From NCBI GenBank assembly GCA_030390025.1, contig CM059447.1:9548001-9612000 (forward strand): a stretch of 64,000 bases of DNA. The letters are read 5' to 3'. The DNA is from Squalus acanthias. Taxonomy: Eukaryota. The notes below the pieces were generated by a model, which was not told the DNA's origin, ran no database searches, and saw only the letters and a list, made by a program, of their open reading frames with translations. The translations under genes were made by a program, and so were the position numbers. Position 1 is the first letter of the stretch, and each line of letters begins with the position of its first letter. Below are positions 37,320 to 50,055 of the stretch, one piece after another.

Positions 37320-37725
37320 TCAACTTTGCTCTTGGAGCGCAGCCGGCACTCCGCGGGGGAGGCCGTTCAGGAGGCCGGGGACGGGAGCGCAGGCAGGTGC
37401 TGGCAGGCGACCAGCAACAGAAATGGCCGCCCCGCACCTCGCCTTTAAATTGCACCTCCCCGGCTGCAGGTAAGCCCCCCTGACCCCGTCAGACATAGCG
37501 TCCAGCGGTAAGTCAGGGGGCGCTCCCGAAGATCGTGGCCGGGGCGCTGCGCACGGCGATGACGTCATCACCGGCGGCGCAGCGCCGTGGGGCGCTACCG
37601 GTTAGCGTCGCCTCTAACCTCCCGTTGAATTTCGCGGGAGGCGCAACGCCCAGGCGCGAGTTGCTTTGCGCCCCGTTAGCACCCTCTTAGGGCACTAACG
37701 GGAGGCGCAAAGCAACCCAATTTTT
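37320..37725 (-). mobile_element. MITE family A (reverse orientation)
   Basis: Reverse complement of the first ~400 nt of the 11715 copy (gttgctttgcgccccgttagc...ggcgcaaa...aatttttt). Confidence 0.8.
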
Positions 37726-38126
37726 TTTTTTTTTAAGACTTTGTATGTGCTGGAACCTTAATTCTTGGACACAAAAAATAAGGTCAGAAATTAGAAAAAA
37801 GAACATTACTACTACTGGGAAAGCTGCTTTTGTGTCTTTAGACATATCTTTGCCAAATGTATGACCTAAACAGTAAGGATAACTGCAAATGCTGGACTGT
37901 TTAATGACTGGTATTTTTTCTGATGTAACTGGGCTGGTGGGTTCTTTGACAGTTTCGAATACTTTTCTTAATAAGTCACTTCTGTCTCGTACGTGATGAC
38001 TAAACTAACACTACCTGAGTGATGTGATGATTTTGTCTGGTGATTAACGATTAACAGGCATTTAACACCAGACTACTGATTGCTAATTCATTTTAAGATC
38101 AAACCGTAACTTTCACACTTACTTAC

Positions 38127-38192
38127 CAAATGCCTGAAATCTTGACCAGAACTGTATGTTAATTGCTGAGTTTGAAACGTACACACTATTTT
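38127..38192 (-). CDS. Candidate 66-nt symmetric (phase 1/1) cassette exon of CYTH1
   Basis: ttccttttacattttgctcatag|AAAATAGT...CAGGCATTTG|gtaagtaagt. Open in the frame compatible with first exon to exon 2: (E)NSVYVSNSAINIQFWSRFQAF. Lies in repeat-free sequence. Confidence 0.4.
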
Positions 38193-39374
38193 CTATGAGC
38201 AAAATGTAAAAGGAACTTCTTACAGATTTTATCACAAGGGATCATTACATAGTTTAAAGTACCATTTCAAAATTAGAAGGCTTTTTAAAAAACTGAAATC
38301 TCTCTTTACAAATATTAGCATCGTCGTGTCAACAGAGCTATGAAAATTTCTCCAGAAGATAATATACCTTAAATTGTTAGCTGGCAGGCATCCATCGCCT
38401 AAGAACATAATACGTGTGCGTGCGGAGTGTGGGGGGGATGAGAGAGATAGACAAAACAAGCCTGGAACCTTGTTGCTTGGAGATGAACTTTGCTAGCTCT
38501 CAGCTGGAGCTGCAACAACAAGCGACTTGTGATGACAGGAAGCTCCATCTCTGGGGAAATGGCAGGTCAGAGCACCCACCCCATTTACCCAGCTGAAGAG
38601 ACAATTGCTTCTTGTGGGGAAATACTACAGTGGACAATAAATCATTAAGAAATTAAATATTTATGTAATTATATATGTAGGTTAACAAAAAAAAGCAGTT
38701 GTTTGTCGGTCTTAAATCCACCCTGTATATATCTGCATGGCCTAAGTCTTAACATTACTGCGTATTTTGTTTCAGTGTGAAAATATTTCAGAATCCAAAA
38801 CCACTTCCTGAAGTCTCACGTGTCTTTTCCTGCTAAGCATCTCGCATTTAGAGAAATTGTCGTCAATGCTTTAATCATCTGCAGGTTACAGCAGCAGGGT
38901 GTTTTCACACACTTCATTTTAAGTAGAGCTAAGAAATCGTCTGCAGAGCTGAGAAATCGTCTGCAAATCGTCTCTCAACAAGATTACTTAAGTATGTGAA
39001 GACTTTACACATTCTCTCACAGAAAAGTACATATGGTAACATTTTTATGTCTGCCCTCCACCATCACTGGATCTCCCTCATCTGATATAAATACTGTAGC
39101 ATGTAAAATTTCCAAAGAACTCTGGCAATATTCCGTGGCTGAAATTTAGCACTACGAACAGTTTCACCTGGATTTCTTTTATTTCTTTTAATTCCTTCAC
39201 TTTTTTTTTTGCACGCCATTTTTATTTGAAAAGGCTGCTACCAGTTTTAAAATAGATGGTTGCTGTTTGTCTTAAAATAATTTGCTATCTAAACTAAAAC
39301 TCTATAATTGTAACGATTAGTTTAAAAGAAGAAAAAAAACTTCCGAACTAAATACAGGCTCTACCCTGGAGAGT

Positions 39375-39925
39375 GACCAATGTCGTACCCATTGCAAAAA
39401 AAAGAGCAAATTACGGGCCAGTCATCTTAACATCTGTGGTGGGGAAGATTTTAGAGTATTTAGTTATGAATGAAATTACCATGTATCTAGATAAAGTGAA
39501 AACAGTTAGACGTAGCCAGCACGGACCTCATGAAATTCTGTGACAAAGTAACAGACATGGTAGATGGGGGAAATGCAGTGGATGTAGCGTACATGGACTT
39601 TAGGAAAACCTTTGACAAGGTACTACATAAGAGGATCACTAGAGAATATTAAGGGGTATGGAATTAGGAGGCTAGCAAACTGGATTAAAAATTGGTTAGA
39701 ACGGACAAAACAGAGAATAGGAGTTAAAGTCAGTTTTTCCAGAGTGGACAAACTATGTCAACATTCAAGATTATATTGGATAGGTGGATGAAGGAAAAGC
39801 TGTTGAATTGATATGGGAACAGGGTGGGTAACTGTGATTAGGACTATTTGCCGTGTGGAGGGTAAACGCTGACACGGATTGGTTGGGCCGAGTGGCCTGT
39901 TTCCATATTATAACTTCTATGTACT
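39375..39925 (+). mobile_element. Degraded CR1 RT fragment plus 3'UTR fragment
   Basis: ANYGPVILTSVVGKILE...VDVAYMDFRKTFDKVLH, plus a ggttgggccgagtggcctgtttcc tail. Confidence 0.8.
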
Positions 39926-40671
39926 GTATTTCTATGTATACCCAAACACTATTAGCAAAATCAGATTCCTGACCAAGATGTAGTCTGATGATCAAGGATG
40001 GATCTTGGTTTTAAGTCCTTTCTGTAATCTGTCCGAGGTATTGCAACTGCACCTCAAATCATATTTAGGGCATCCTGATATTTTAAAACATGTTCTGGTT
40101 CAATTTAGTTGAATTTTTTTTGATGGGTTCAGGAATTATTTTAATTTGTTAAGGGGTTCACTCGCTCGTAGAGGAGTTGCTACTGCCTTTTGCCTTTGAA
40201 AACAAAGGCAATGTAAATGTGAATTTGCATCTTACCTCCAACCCTCCAGAATTCCATTATTAGGCAACAAAAATCATGAATTAGTATTCCATAATGTACA
40301 TTCCTTCACTTTTACATCTTAAAAGATCAACATAACATTGATGGAATTCAAAGTTTCGCATCAGTCCGCTTTTATAAAAGGAACATTATCGAAGGATTTG
40401 AGCGAAAGAAGACTTCTAAGTTCAGCTTTAAAAATACTTACCCTTTTCCTGTGGGATCAGTATGAGTAATGGGCCATTTAGGTATTACAACATTCACATG
40501 CAACTCCATTGTTGAAACTGAGCTCCTGATACTGAACTACAATTTGTCTCAGTGAGTCGGAAATAGAGTCCAGATCAAATTCACACATTAAGATGTCCAC
40601 TCTCCAAAAAATACTATGCTGATCTGCCATCCATTTTGAAGTTGTTTGTAGCACATCAAGTAGTAACTCAC

Positions 40672-40702
40672 CACCATGAGTAACATCTATTTCCAAATAC
40701 AT
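40672..40702 (-). CDS. Candidate alternative first coding exon of CYTH1 (MYLEIDVTHG-)
   Basis: ATGTATTTGGAAATAGATGTTACTCATGGTG|gtgagt. 31 nt (phase 1), in frame with exon 2, consensus donor, weak Kozak context. Confidence 0.3.
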
Positions 40703-42276
40703 TTGATAAAACAGGGCGAAGTTGTACTATTCAGGAAAGGCTTTCAGGAAGGGCAAAACCAACTATTGTGAAACTGCCTGCATGATAATATATTGTATTA
40801 ATATCTCTGAGAAATGTATTTCTTGGAAATGATGAGACTGTTATCTCAAGCATGGTCATGTGAATAGGAGAGTGAGGCACCGGGTGGCAGGACATTCTTT
40901 TCACTGGTGTCACTGTGAGACACTACACGTCTACTTCGTTAATCATCGTACTTCTCATACGTCTTGACATTTTATAAATAAAACTTAATTGAGCACCCTG
41001 TTTACTCCCTAGACAAATGCACTGCATTGCGTGATGGACTCGAATAAGTGGTCTGTACTGAGTTATTCAATCTCAGCCAGGGAAGTGGTGAGACACCACA
41101 ATCAGTGGTGGTGGTGGTGGTGTTCGTAGCAGCCATCAGTTGGGGTCCTGCTTGTATATAGGTGTCTGGTAAGTGGAGGATTATGCTTGTTTGTGATGTC
41201 CTCTGCATGCCTCACTCGGTTAAATTACTTGCTGACAGTGAAGACTGGCCATTTGGTGGAGAGATACTGAAGGCCCCTCAAAACCCATCTTTGGAACTCA
41301 AAGTCCAGCATGTGTCACGGTGCTCAAGAGATGAGGAGAGTAAATTGAAAGTGATGAAAAAACATTTTCCAGTGTGACTTAACAGTTGAACTATCAGTTG
41401 CTACAAATAGATGTCTCTACTCAATCCAAGATGTTTAGTGTGACAGCCAATATTGTGGTTGGATTGTGTGGTGCACGGATTTAAAAATAATTAAGGAAAA
41501 GGGAATATGCCATTGGGTGACACAAGGCATGTAGCTCATGAGCCTGATGTTGCATAATAATTAACTTAATGTTCTTATTGTGGTTATCACTTATATAAAA
41601 AAAATACATGAGCTAGGTTTCATACAATTAGAACAATGGAAGAAGAATCAAGAGAAGGCAATAGCCTGGAAGTAGAGGGGCTACAAAACAGAGGGACAGG
41701 AGGGATATGCCAGAAAGGATAGTGGGGATAAGTGCACAGGTATTGTCAAGTAGCACCAGTAGAAAAACAAACCATTGCAGAATAAACCACCAATTTACAG
41801 TCCAGATTCCTGGTCCAACTTACAATATGCTGTTTTATAAGAAGTTGTTCGTTTCAATTCATATGTAAACTCTCAATTAGAAAAATTGCCACAGAAACCA
41901 CTCTGACCAACTTGTGGAACTTACTTACACAATACCAAATCATCAAATCTTTTTTCTTCTGGGCAGGATCCTATGTTCCAATCAATCCTTTGGTTTCTGT
42001 ACACATTGCTTTAAAACGGAACTACCCACAGTTAAAACAGTGGTAAAATGAAGGGACTAACTGACTGCAGGGTTTATTCCTATCATGGCCTGCCTGACTG
42101 TGGAAAGCTAACTGAGCACTGGGAAGGGACTCAGTGTTGTTCCCTTTCCTTTCCTTGCTCTCCACCAATGGAAGACATGTGGATGTTCTTAGGAGGCAGG
42201 GTTATCCTAACTTCCATATAGGAGTTAAAAGGACTTTATTGAAATAGAACTATTGGTTCTGCATGGGTTATTTTCT

Positions 42277-42587
42277 TGTCGAGATCTTTGCGCTACTCCA
42301 ATTCTGGCCTCTTGCGCATCCCCGATTTTCTTCTCTCCACCATTGATGGCCGTGCCTTCAGCTGCCAAGGTCCTAAGCTCTGGAATTCTTTCCCTAAACC
42401 TCTCTACCTCTCTCCTCCTTTAAGACGCTCCTTAAAATCTACCTCTTTGACCAAGCTTTTGGTCATCTGTGCTAATATCTCCTTTTGTGGCTCAGTGTCA
42501 AATTTTGTTTGCTAATTGCTCCTGTGAAGCACTTTGGGACGTTTTAGTACGTTAAAAAGGCGCTATATAAATGCAAGCTGTTGTTGC
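42277..42587 (+). mobile_element. L2 LINE 3' end
   Basis: LRYSNSGLLRIP...GRAFSCQGPKLWNSFP...LKSTSL, with tail gtgaagcactttgggacg...gcgctatataaatgcaagctgttgttg. Confidence 0.85.
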
Positions 42588-43809
42588 TATGCGAGGAAAT
42601 GCCTGGTCTGCATTTAACAGCTCTCGATTTGAAATCTGGAATTCTGTATCGCAGGTGCAATCTCACTATGTAATGCATTATGCTATAGTATTCCAGATAG
42701 TGGCACTAGAGTAAGACATGCATTGGGTATGTGGCTCTGAATAAATGATAGTAACACTACTCCAGACAACAGAATAAGCTGTAATGGTGAATGGCAACAC
42801 TGTCTTCTTATTAATTCTGTACATTAAGTATAAATTGAGAAGCACATTTATGATTTTTCAAACTGATTAGGCCCTCTAATGGTGACTGCAATGCTGATTA
42901 GTATCTAAAATCAACATCTTACTTTCCAGGTCACAAAACCAATGGCTCATCTGCTGAAAATTACCACTACTGTTTTCTGTACATATGTATTGTTCTTCTA
43001 TTATCCACAAATATCATTACAAGAAAAATGCTGACACAGTATCAAACATGTCTAATGAATAAGGTTCACCTCTGTACTTGAAACAACAGACATGACTACA
43101 ATATATAGAAACAAAGTTAACCATTATTCAATGTTGAAGACTCTTATTAACCATCTATAATACCTTGCACTACCAGAGGCACTCAAGTGTCTTAACACTG
43201 CAAAAATCTTTGCAGTAGATAGCAACATTTTCACCATATTGTAAGCTGTGCATTACAGGAACTGCTCAAGTCATTTCCTCAGGTGGCCACGACAGTGTTA
43301 CAGAAGTACTGCAAGTAACGAAAACCTGTGCAATTACTTACTGTAATTTCTCAAAATCTCTTGTGCAACGTAAAGCAGGACATGAATTTGTTTCCACTAT
43401 ATACATGGTTAAAAAGAAATTACTGCTGTACCTCAGAGCTGAGGACTAAAGACCTTGTTTATCAAGGTTTGAAGCATGGAAAGAAAAACCTTGCACGAAA
43501 CTGCATTCCCTTAATCTCGATAAAGATCATTTCAAAACTTTTAAATTTCATGCAGTTTCCCCGCCTCCATTTTCATATAAATTGTGTACACTTTGATTTG
43601 TAAGGGGGAAAAGGTTGATTGGCTTTTGAGGAGTGGGAATTTCTTATTCAGTTTTTTTCTATAAACTAGTGACATGCTGTTATTTCATGGCAGATTTCCT
43701 TAACACCTCCTCAGGTCCAAATTTGTACAGTCATCTGGAGCGGTTCTGATTTAATTTTCTCCAACCACCAAACAGATTAGTTTACAATTCACAGTGGGAA
43801 GCACTGATT

Positions 43810-44215
43810 GAAGTTCCCACTGTCTCCAAGTCCTTGGCCTCAGCTGTTAATTTATGGACAGGCCCTTCTCCACAAGGAGGCAGGAGAACTTGAGGAAGAA
43901 ATTCGATTCGGCCCAAGGTTCACCTGTTATTGGGCCTCGGCCTCATTTGAACTACATCGACGAGCTGCTAGACGGCCCCAGGCAGCTTGCCAACGAAGAG
44001 ACTTCCAATATCGGGCCAGATACACTGAAAGACATGGAATTCCCACTTGTAGCACAGAGTCTGTTCCTGGAGTGAAGCAGCAGCATAAGGTACAGTCGAG
44101 ACTGGCAGTGAAGGAGATCATCAGGGAACAGAGCAGCAGTGATTTCCTGGCCAGATCCCTTGGGGCAACAAATCAAATGTTGCATCCTAATTGCACTGAT
44201 GTTCTGTCCTGAGGG
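43810..44215 (+). mobile_element. Probable Tx1/L1-clade LINE ORF2 C-terminal remnant
   Basis: PQLLIYG..., then by frameshift HLLLGLG..., then KVQSRLAVKE...DFLARS. Resembles the LLIFG...LLLGLAK...VRARV.LE...F..RW end of Tx1-clade ORF2. Confidence 0.45.
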
Positions 44216-45169
44216 TAAAAGGTACACGAATTTGCAAATAGTGTGCACACCTGGCCACATCCCCGAAGGTAATCCATTTTATTGAGAATATAATAGGGCA
44301 TCCGGATGCAATAGTTAAAGCAAATGCATACAGTACATCTCTAGGAAAATGGCAATGTTTCATCCACTTCTCAACCTGAAGGTTTTCGCTTCATGCCTTT
44401 CAGCCACAACATTTTAAAGCCACAAGAGCCTAACTGAGCACACAGCTTCTAAGACAGTACTAGAACAGCATAACTTCAAATGGCATTCAATCAAATGCAA
44501 CAAAAATATACTGAGATTAGGAAACAATTCAATATATAGCGAATATCATTGCATAACTCATGAACTACATGAAAGCAAGTATTGGCATCATCACAACAGA
44601 ACAGTGTGTGAGTTCAGCTGTGGTGTGTCAATTAGCATCAGCTCCCACTAACTGTATTTGAGTAAATACCGGCTAGCACTGGAGCAACATAATTTGAGTC
44701 CTGCAGCAGACCAGCTCCACACAGTGCCACTATAGTGCACGCAGGATACTAAAGGGTAATTTAATCACAACTTCAAAGTATCCATCAAGGCTACAGCAGG
44801 TCTCAGCAAGATATACTTGCTGATTGTCCTCATTCCCTTGGTGGCAAGAATAATCCACATGACAATGACATTATATTCCCCGAAACTGAGCTGCTGAAAG
44901 ACCTACTGAGTGATGCATTCATTCAGACTACACGATTAGTACCATATTCAAAGTCGCACAACACAACAAAGAAATTTTCAGACTGGTTATGGCGGTTGGA
45001 TAGCAATGGCTGACTTTGTTTTATTTTCACACAACTTCAAAAAATACATGTACTACATTAAAATTATGACCTGTAAATTCTAGCTAGCATTGCATTTGGA
45101 GTTCTTTCTCCTGTGACTGTACTGGAACAACAACTACTACTTCACTCATATAGCAATTATAAGGAGCAA

Positions 45170-45445
45170 AACAACAAGTTGCATTTATAAAGCGCCTTTA
45201 ATGTAGCAAAACATCCCAAGGCGCTTCACAGGAGCGTAAACAGAACAAAATTGACACCGAGTCAAATTATCCAAACGTGCTTCACAAAGTGGCATGGGGG
45301 ATAAGGAGTTGGGAAAGGGCATTAAGCGGGAGATAGGAGAGGTGACTGAAGCTGTGGTCAAAGAGGAGGCTTTTGAAGGAGCAGAGAGATGTAGCAAGGC
45401 ACCAGGGTTTAGGAATTGAATTCCAGAATGCGCGGCCATGATGAC
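45170..45445 (-). mobile_element. L2-related 3' fragment
   Basis: acaacaagttgcatttataaagcgcctttaatgtagcaaaacatcccaaggcgcttcacagg is the reverse of the L2 tail at 42520-42587. Confidence 0.75.
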
Positions 45446-46911
45446 TGTTTTGACAATGTCTTTCAAATTAAATCAAGTGTGTGGGTGGGTGGGGTCTCTT
45501 ATACAATAGAGGCAATGGAACACAATGATAGCTTTGAATAAATCCCAACGAGTTGACTGAAATCATGAAAAAGGCAGAATTACTGGAGTTCAAACTCAGA
45601 TGGCAACCCAGAACAACAGAATTCCAATTAAATTCCCTGATTTGTTTTTTTTTACTGGTAGTGAAATGCCTCCTCCCACACCACATGAAAGAGAACACTC
45701 CTAGCATAATGACGAGTTGTGCCATTTTTAGTTGTAAGACTCAAATAGAGTAGCATATTGTATTACAAATTACCTGTTTCAAATGATTTAAAACCACCAT
45801 GATTATTATTTTGGTTCCAAAAGTTGTTTTAAAGTAGATTGCTGAAGCAGAAATAAATCTTTCCAGCTTAGTGATGTCATCCACCCACACAAAAAAATCT
45901 TCATTTTATTTGCAGCGTATTTCCTTCTGATTAAAACATGCCAAAAAAATTACCATTGAGGCAGCAAAGACCTTTATTAAAATTGCAAACATTTCCAATT
46001 TACATATTTTGAATCAATTTCTTTTCAATTATTTTAATTTGCTTAATTTTTAGTATAGTAAGCTGCTTATTTGTACCTTCTAATGAAGCTTCTAAACGCA
46101 GCCCAAGTGCAATAGATATTAAGTATAATATTCTGATGTACTGTCATGCCTCCCTCTCAGCAAATAGACAATTGGAACACAGTCTCTATCGTGTCCTTCA
46201 CAATATGGTTCTTATAGAACCATCAAAGAAGATACAGATGGACGTGCAGTAAAGTGTCCTGCTGAGGCACAGGGCGAAGTTGAAAAGAGGCAGCAAAAGT
46301 CAGAAAATAGAGTCGACAAAACCCAAGGCAAAAGCTTAAACGTTACTTTGTTTGAATTTTTATATCTTTATAGCAACTGATGCTCCACAAATACAACTGT
46401 GCACAGATCAGTGGTTGGTTAACATTTAATTTGCTTTTAAGAAATCAAGAAGGACCATGTCAAAGAGACACTGCAACGTCAGTTGTTACTGTGATAATAA
46501 TTTAGCTCTAAAATCTTTGTTTTACTCATTAATGTTCTATTGATTAGTCCCAAACACCCAGTGTTGCTCCGTTAGCTAAAGTCTGACAAGTTACAAAGAT
46601 AGTAAGGTTACGTCTCATAGTAAGGCCACAGCCTAGTCCAAGTCCTGGTTTAGTACAAGCTTTAACTCAAAAATATTCAAAGAAAATTATTTTTCATTTT
46701 GTAAATCTGTGCTTGATAAGTATAATAAAAAAGTAATAATTTATATATTAATCTCTCATTTTACTAACATCTCAACATAGTTTATGATTATGATTTTAGC
46801 AACAACAAACACATGTACTGGCATGAAGATTAAACAGACGGCCTGAATAGCCACCACAGTGATAGTTTGAAAGGAAAAGAAAAGGATTTCCTGACATATA
46901 ATTAAACTTAC

Positions 46912-46939
46912 CAACACCGCCTTCAGTATTGAGCACCAT
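46912..46939 (-). CDS. CYTH1: Alternative first coding exon of CYTH1 (MVLNTEGGV-)
   Basis: Minus strand reads ggaacaATGGTGCTCAATACTGAAGGCGGTGTTG|gtaagt. Strong Kozak context (A-3, G+4), consensus donor, 28 nt (phase 1), joining exon 2 in frame as MVLNTEGGV-VPADLT. It resembles the MVLKTEG-type alternative N-terminus I recall for vertebrate CYTH1 isoforms. Confidence 0.85.
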
Positions 46940-47310
46940 TGTTCCAGACACTGTTTAAGACTCAAAATAAATTGTAAATAAAAGTATTTCAATGAAGCAG
47001 TCGAAGCTGAAACCTAAGCTGGTGAACAGAGATCCAAGAATTCTTAACGCAGCTCAAGTAGGTAATAGCAGGTGGGGCTTACCAGTACCTACATTTCATG
47101 AGCCAATCAAATACATCTGTACTACTTTGTGTACTTTAACAATCTACTGTGTAACAGCAACAAAACACCAATAGGCTGTCTGCTAGATAGCTATATAAGG
47201 AGGCAGTGAACTTTATTTGCAGCAAGCACCCTTGAGACAGGCACACCCTGCTTATGCAGTTGAGCTGACGACCTTCGTGTATGTTTAAGTAAGAAATGAC
47301 TCAGTTAGCT
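46940..47310 (-). promoter_or_regulatory. Putative promoter/5'UTR of the MVLNTEGGV first exon
   Basis: Repeat-free sequence upstream of the ATG with a CCAAT box (agccaatca, ~47101-47109), a TATA/CArG-like CCTTATATAG on the minus strand (47191-47200) and an AP-1 site TGACTCA (~47297). Motif-level evidence only. Confidence 0.4.
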
Positions 47311-47769
47311 TGGCATTCTCAGGCCTGCACATGTTCTTGCACAAAGACAATTTGAGACCTGTTCCAAAAGTGATACAGACTCGGCAACAGACACAAGTAA
47401 CAGCAGATTCCAGTAGCAGCACGTAACTGATATATTTGAGGTTGTTTTTGGTGTCTACAGTTCCATCTCATTTCACTGAAGTTCAAGGAAATGAATTAAA
47501 ATCAATTTTTGTTTTACATTTTCTTTAAAGCTAGATGCTGATTTTAAACTGCATACCTAAACCACACCCAAAACTACAAGGAACGTGATTATATCCATTC
47601 CTCCAATATACAGTACTGGAAAATGTTTTCTGTAGACTGCACTGTAATGTATGTAGCCTTGCTTTTGAAAAAACATTAAATGAAGGGAAATGTTTGGTAC
47701 AAAATGTAAGTATCCTCTTTGCCCCCCAGCTGAACCTTCTACTCCACAGCCAGTCCTTTGCCAAGACTG

Positions 47770-48215
47770 ATTTCTTTCATCTCTGGAACATTATCCGCCT
47801 ACTCCTCTCCCTCCCTCACCACTGACAAAACCCTAATCCACACTTTCATCTCTGTGAGGGTCGGCTGCTCCAATACTCTCAACGGCTTCTCCACCTCCTC
47901 AAACTCCAACGCATTCAAAACTCCATGACCTCTCCCACACTAAGTACTGTACACCCATCACCCCTCTATTCGCCTAACTCACTGGCTTCCTGTACCCCAG
48001 TAAATCAAGCAAGATCTCCATCCTCATTCACAAATTCCAACGCAGCCACACATTAGATATGCTAACTTCTCCAGGCTTATATTCCACATGCCCTCTGACA
48101 CCAGACTGCTTATTCCCTGTTCATCAGAGGGCATCCTTTCAGTCACTATGTCCCTGTCCTGCGCCGAGATGTTTTCCTTTATGTGAGGGTTATTATAAAA
48201 ATTGAAGTTGTTCTT
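47770..48215 (+). mobile_element. Degraded L2 RT C-terminal fragment
   Basis: aaaccctaatccacactttc...aaactccaacgcattcaaaactcc...acccatcacccct...cactggcttcc (TLIH.F...KLQ.IQN...HITP..L.WLP). Confidence 0.7.
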
Positions 48216-49236
48216 GCTACAGAAAACATTTAATTACTGATAATATATTTTCCTCAACATAAAAACTGCAGTATTTCAATCACATGCAGCCTGCATTTTA
48301 TGATAAAACTAATAATTCAAAAATTTGAAAACTATTACTTCTAATAGATCTGAAATTATATACCATAACATACAGCAAATAAAAGCATAATTTCACCTCA
48401 CCACATATCAATTGGATTGGAAATTTTGCAATTACTCTATATTGTGCCAGTTAAGTGTATCTCATCTTAATGTGTCTTCAAGTCAACAAAGTTTCAATCC
48501 ACAGACGCATGGGACAATACGTAAAACAGCTTATTATCCAGCTGTCTGACTCAAGAGACAACCCTTACTATAGAATCCCAATCTACACTACACTAGATCC
48601 TACTATCCTCTCCAACTGCTATTCCATATCTAACCTTTTCCTCTCCAAGGAACTTGAACACATTGTCACTCAGTCCCATGTTCACTTGGCCGAGTTATGG
48701 ATGAGTCAAACCTTTCAGCAATTGTACACTGAATAACCAAATCCAACTTATTTATCTCCCATCAAAACTCTGTCCCTTTGCTCCTAACTCCATCCCCCGG
48801 TACTGTGTTTTGGTAGCATTCTAGTATTTGCAGTTTTTCTTATTATCAATGCTGATGTTTACAGGTTTGTTTTGCATTAGTTGTAATGCTTGGCTTGTGC
48901 TTCAAGAGCATTACCTGCTGAATCTATGACGTTAATGTCCTGACTTGGAGCATAATGAGGCAAAAATAATGAATAATGGTTTACAGTGGAGTGAGTTGAA
49001 AGGCTGTAACTTAATAAAAGGGTTCAGACAATCTCAAACTGTAAGCAAAGCTCAGTTTATGAAATTATTTTGCCAGGGATTAAATTAGTCTTAACTCACT
49101 CTCTGATGTCTGCTTTTTTTTTTACAGCATATAAACTGTTTTATTTAAGTTACCATTGGGAGAGTTGCCATGATTGGAGGAATTTTGGTGCATTTGCATA
49201 GTGCTGAGTGATGATCTATTTTGACGAAAACACAAT

Positions 49237-50055
49237 GGGCTGGATTTTGTCAATGGGGACGTGATGGAGGCGGGACTCCCACTTTTTGGGTTGTAGTTCC
49301 GCCTCCATTGACTTGTGGCCAACCCACTGTATTTTCCCTTGATTGACGTTGTTAAGCCCGCCCAGCATGCTTAGCAGGCCAATCAAGGGTCCCTTGGATA
49401 CAGGTGACGTCAGCCATTGAAATGTCATCTGTCAAGAGCTTTTGACAGATGAAATTTCAGCGTTTGACAGCTCTGTGAAGCTGTCAAACACTGACAATAT
49501 GATTTCTAACATGAGTCCCTGTACTTAGACTCAATTAAAAATCAATCCAGCACAGAAAGCAGAGACTGCAGCTTTTGACAGCTCCGCAGCCATTCTGCTT
49601 TCTGTGCCATGGCTGTGAGGGACTCCCGACACCTTAGCCTGCAGGACAAAGTTAAGGTAAGTAAAAGTTCTTAAAACACTTTACACACACCAAACACACT
49701 TACCTCTGCACTCATGCACCCATCACTCATCTCACCCCTCCAAGCCCTCCAGACCGACGGTCCGCCTCGCTAAATCGGCGTGGTTCGGACCTGTCGGGAA
49801 GCCCACACTTCAGGGCTAAAAATAGGGATTAGGCAAAAAACTGCCTGTTAACTACCTGTTAACAGGCAGTTTATTGGCACTAATCCCCTTCCCGCCTCGG
49901 GGAGGCGGGTCCCAGCACAGGTCGGGTACCCACCTCCTGTGAAACTGGCATGGAGGCGGGTTGGGGGCGGGATGGGTTCGGGACCCCCGAATCTGCTATT
50001 TTCCCACCCGACACGCCTCCAAACCCGCCTCCACGGGTCAATGAAAATTCTGCCC
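49237..50055. mobile_element. Harbinger-type non-autonomous element
   Basis: TIRs GGGCTGGATTTT...AAAATTCTGCCC with a 3-bp AAT duplication. Internal tgacag/ctgtca hairpins. Confidence 0.75.
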
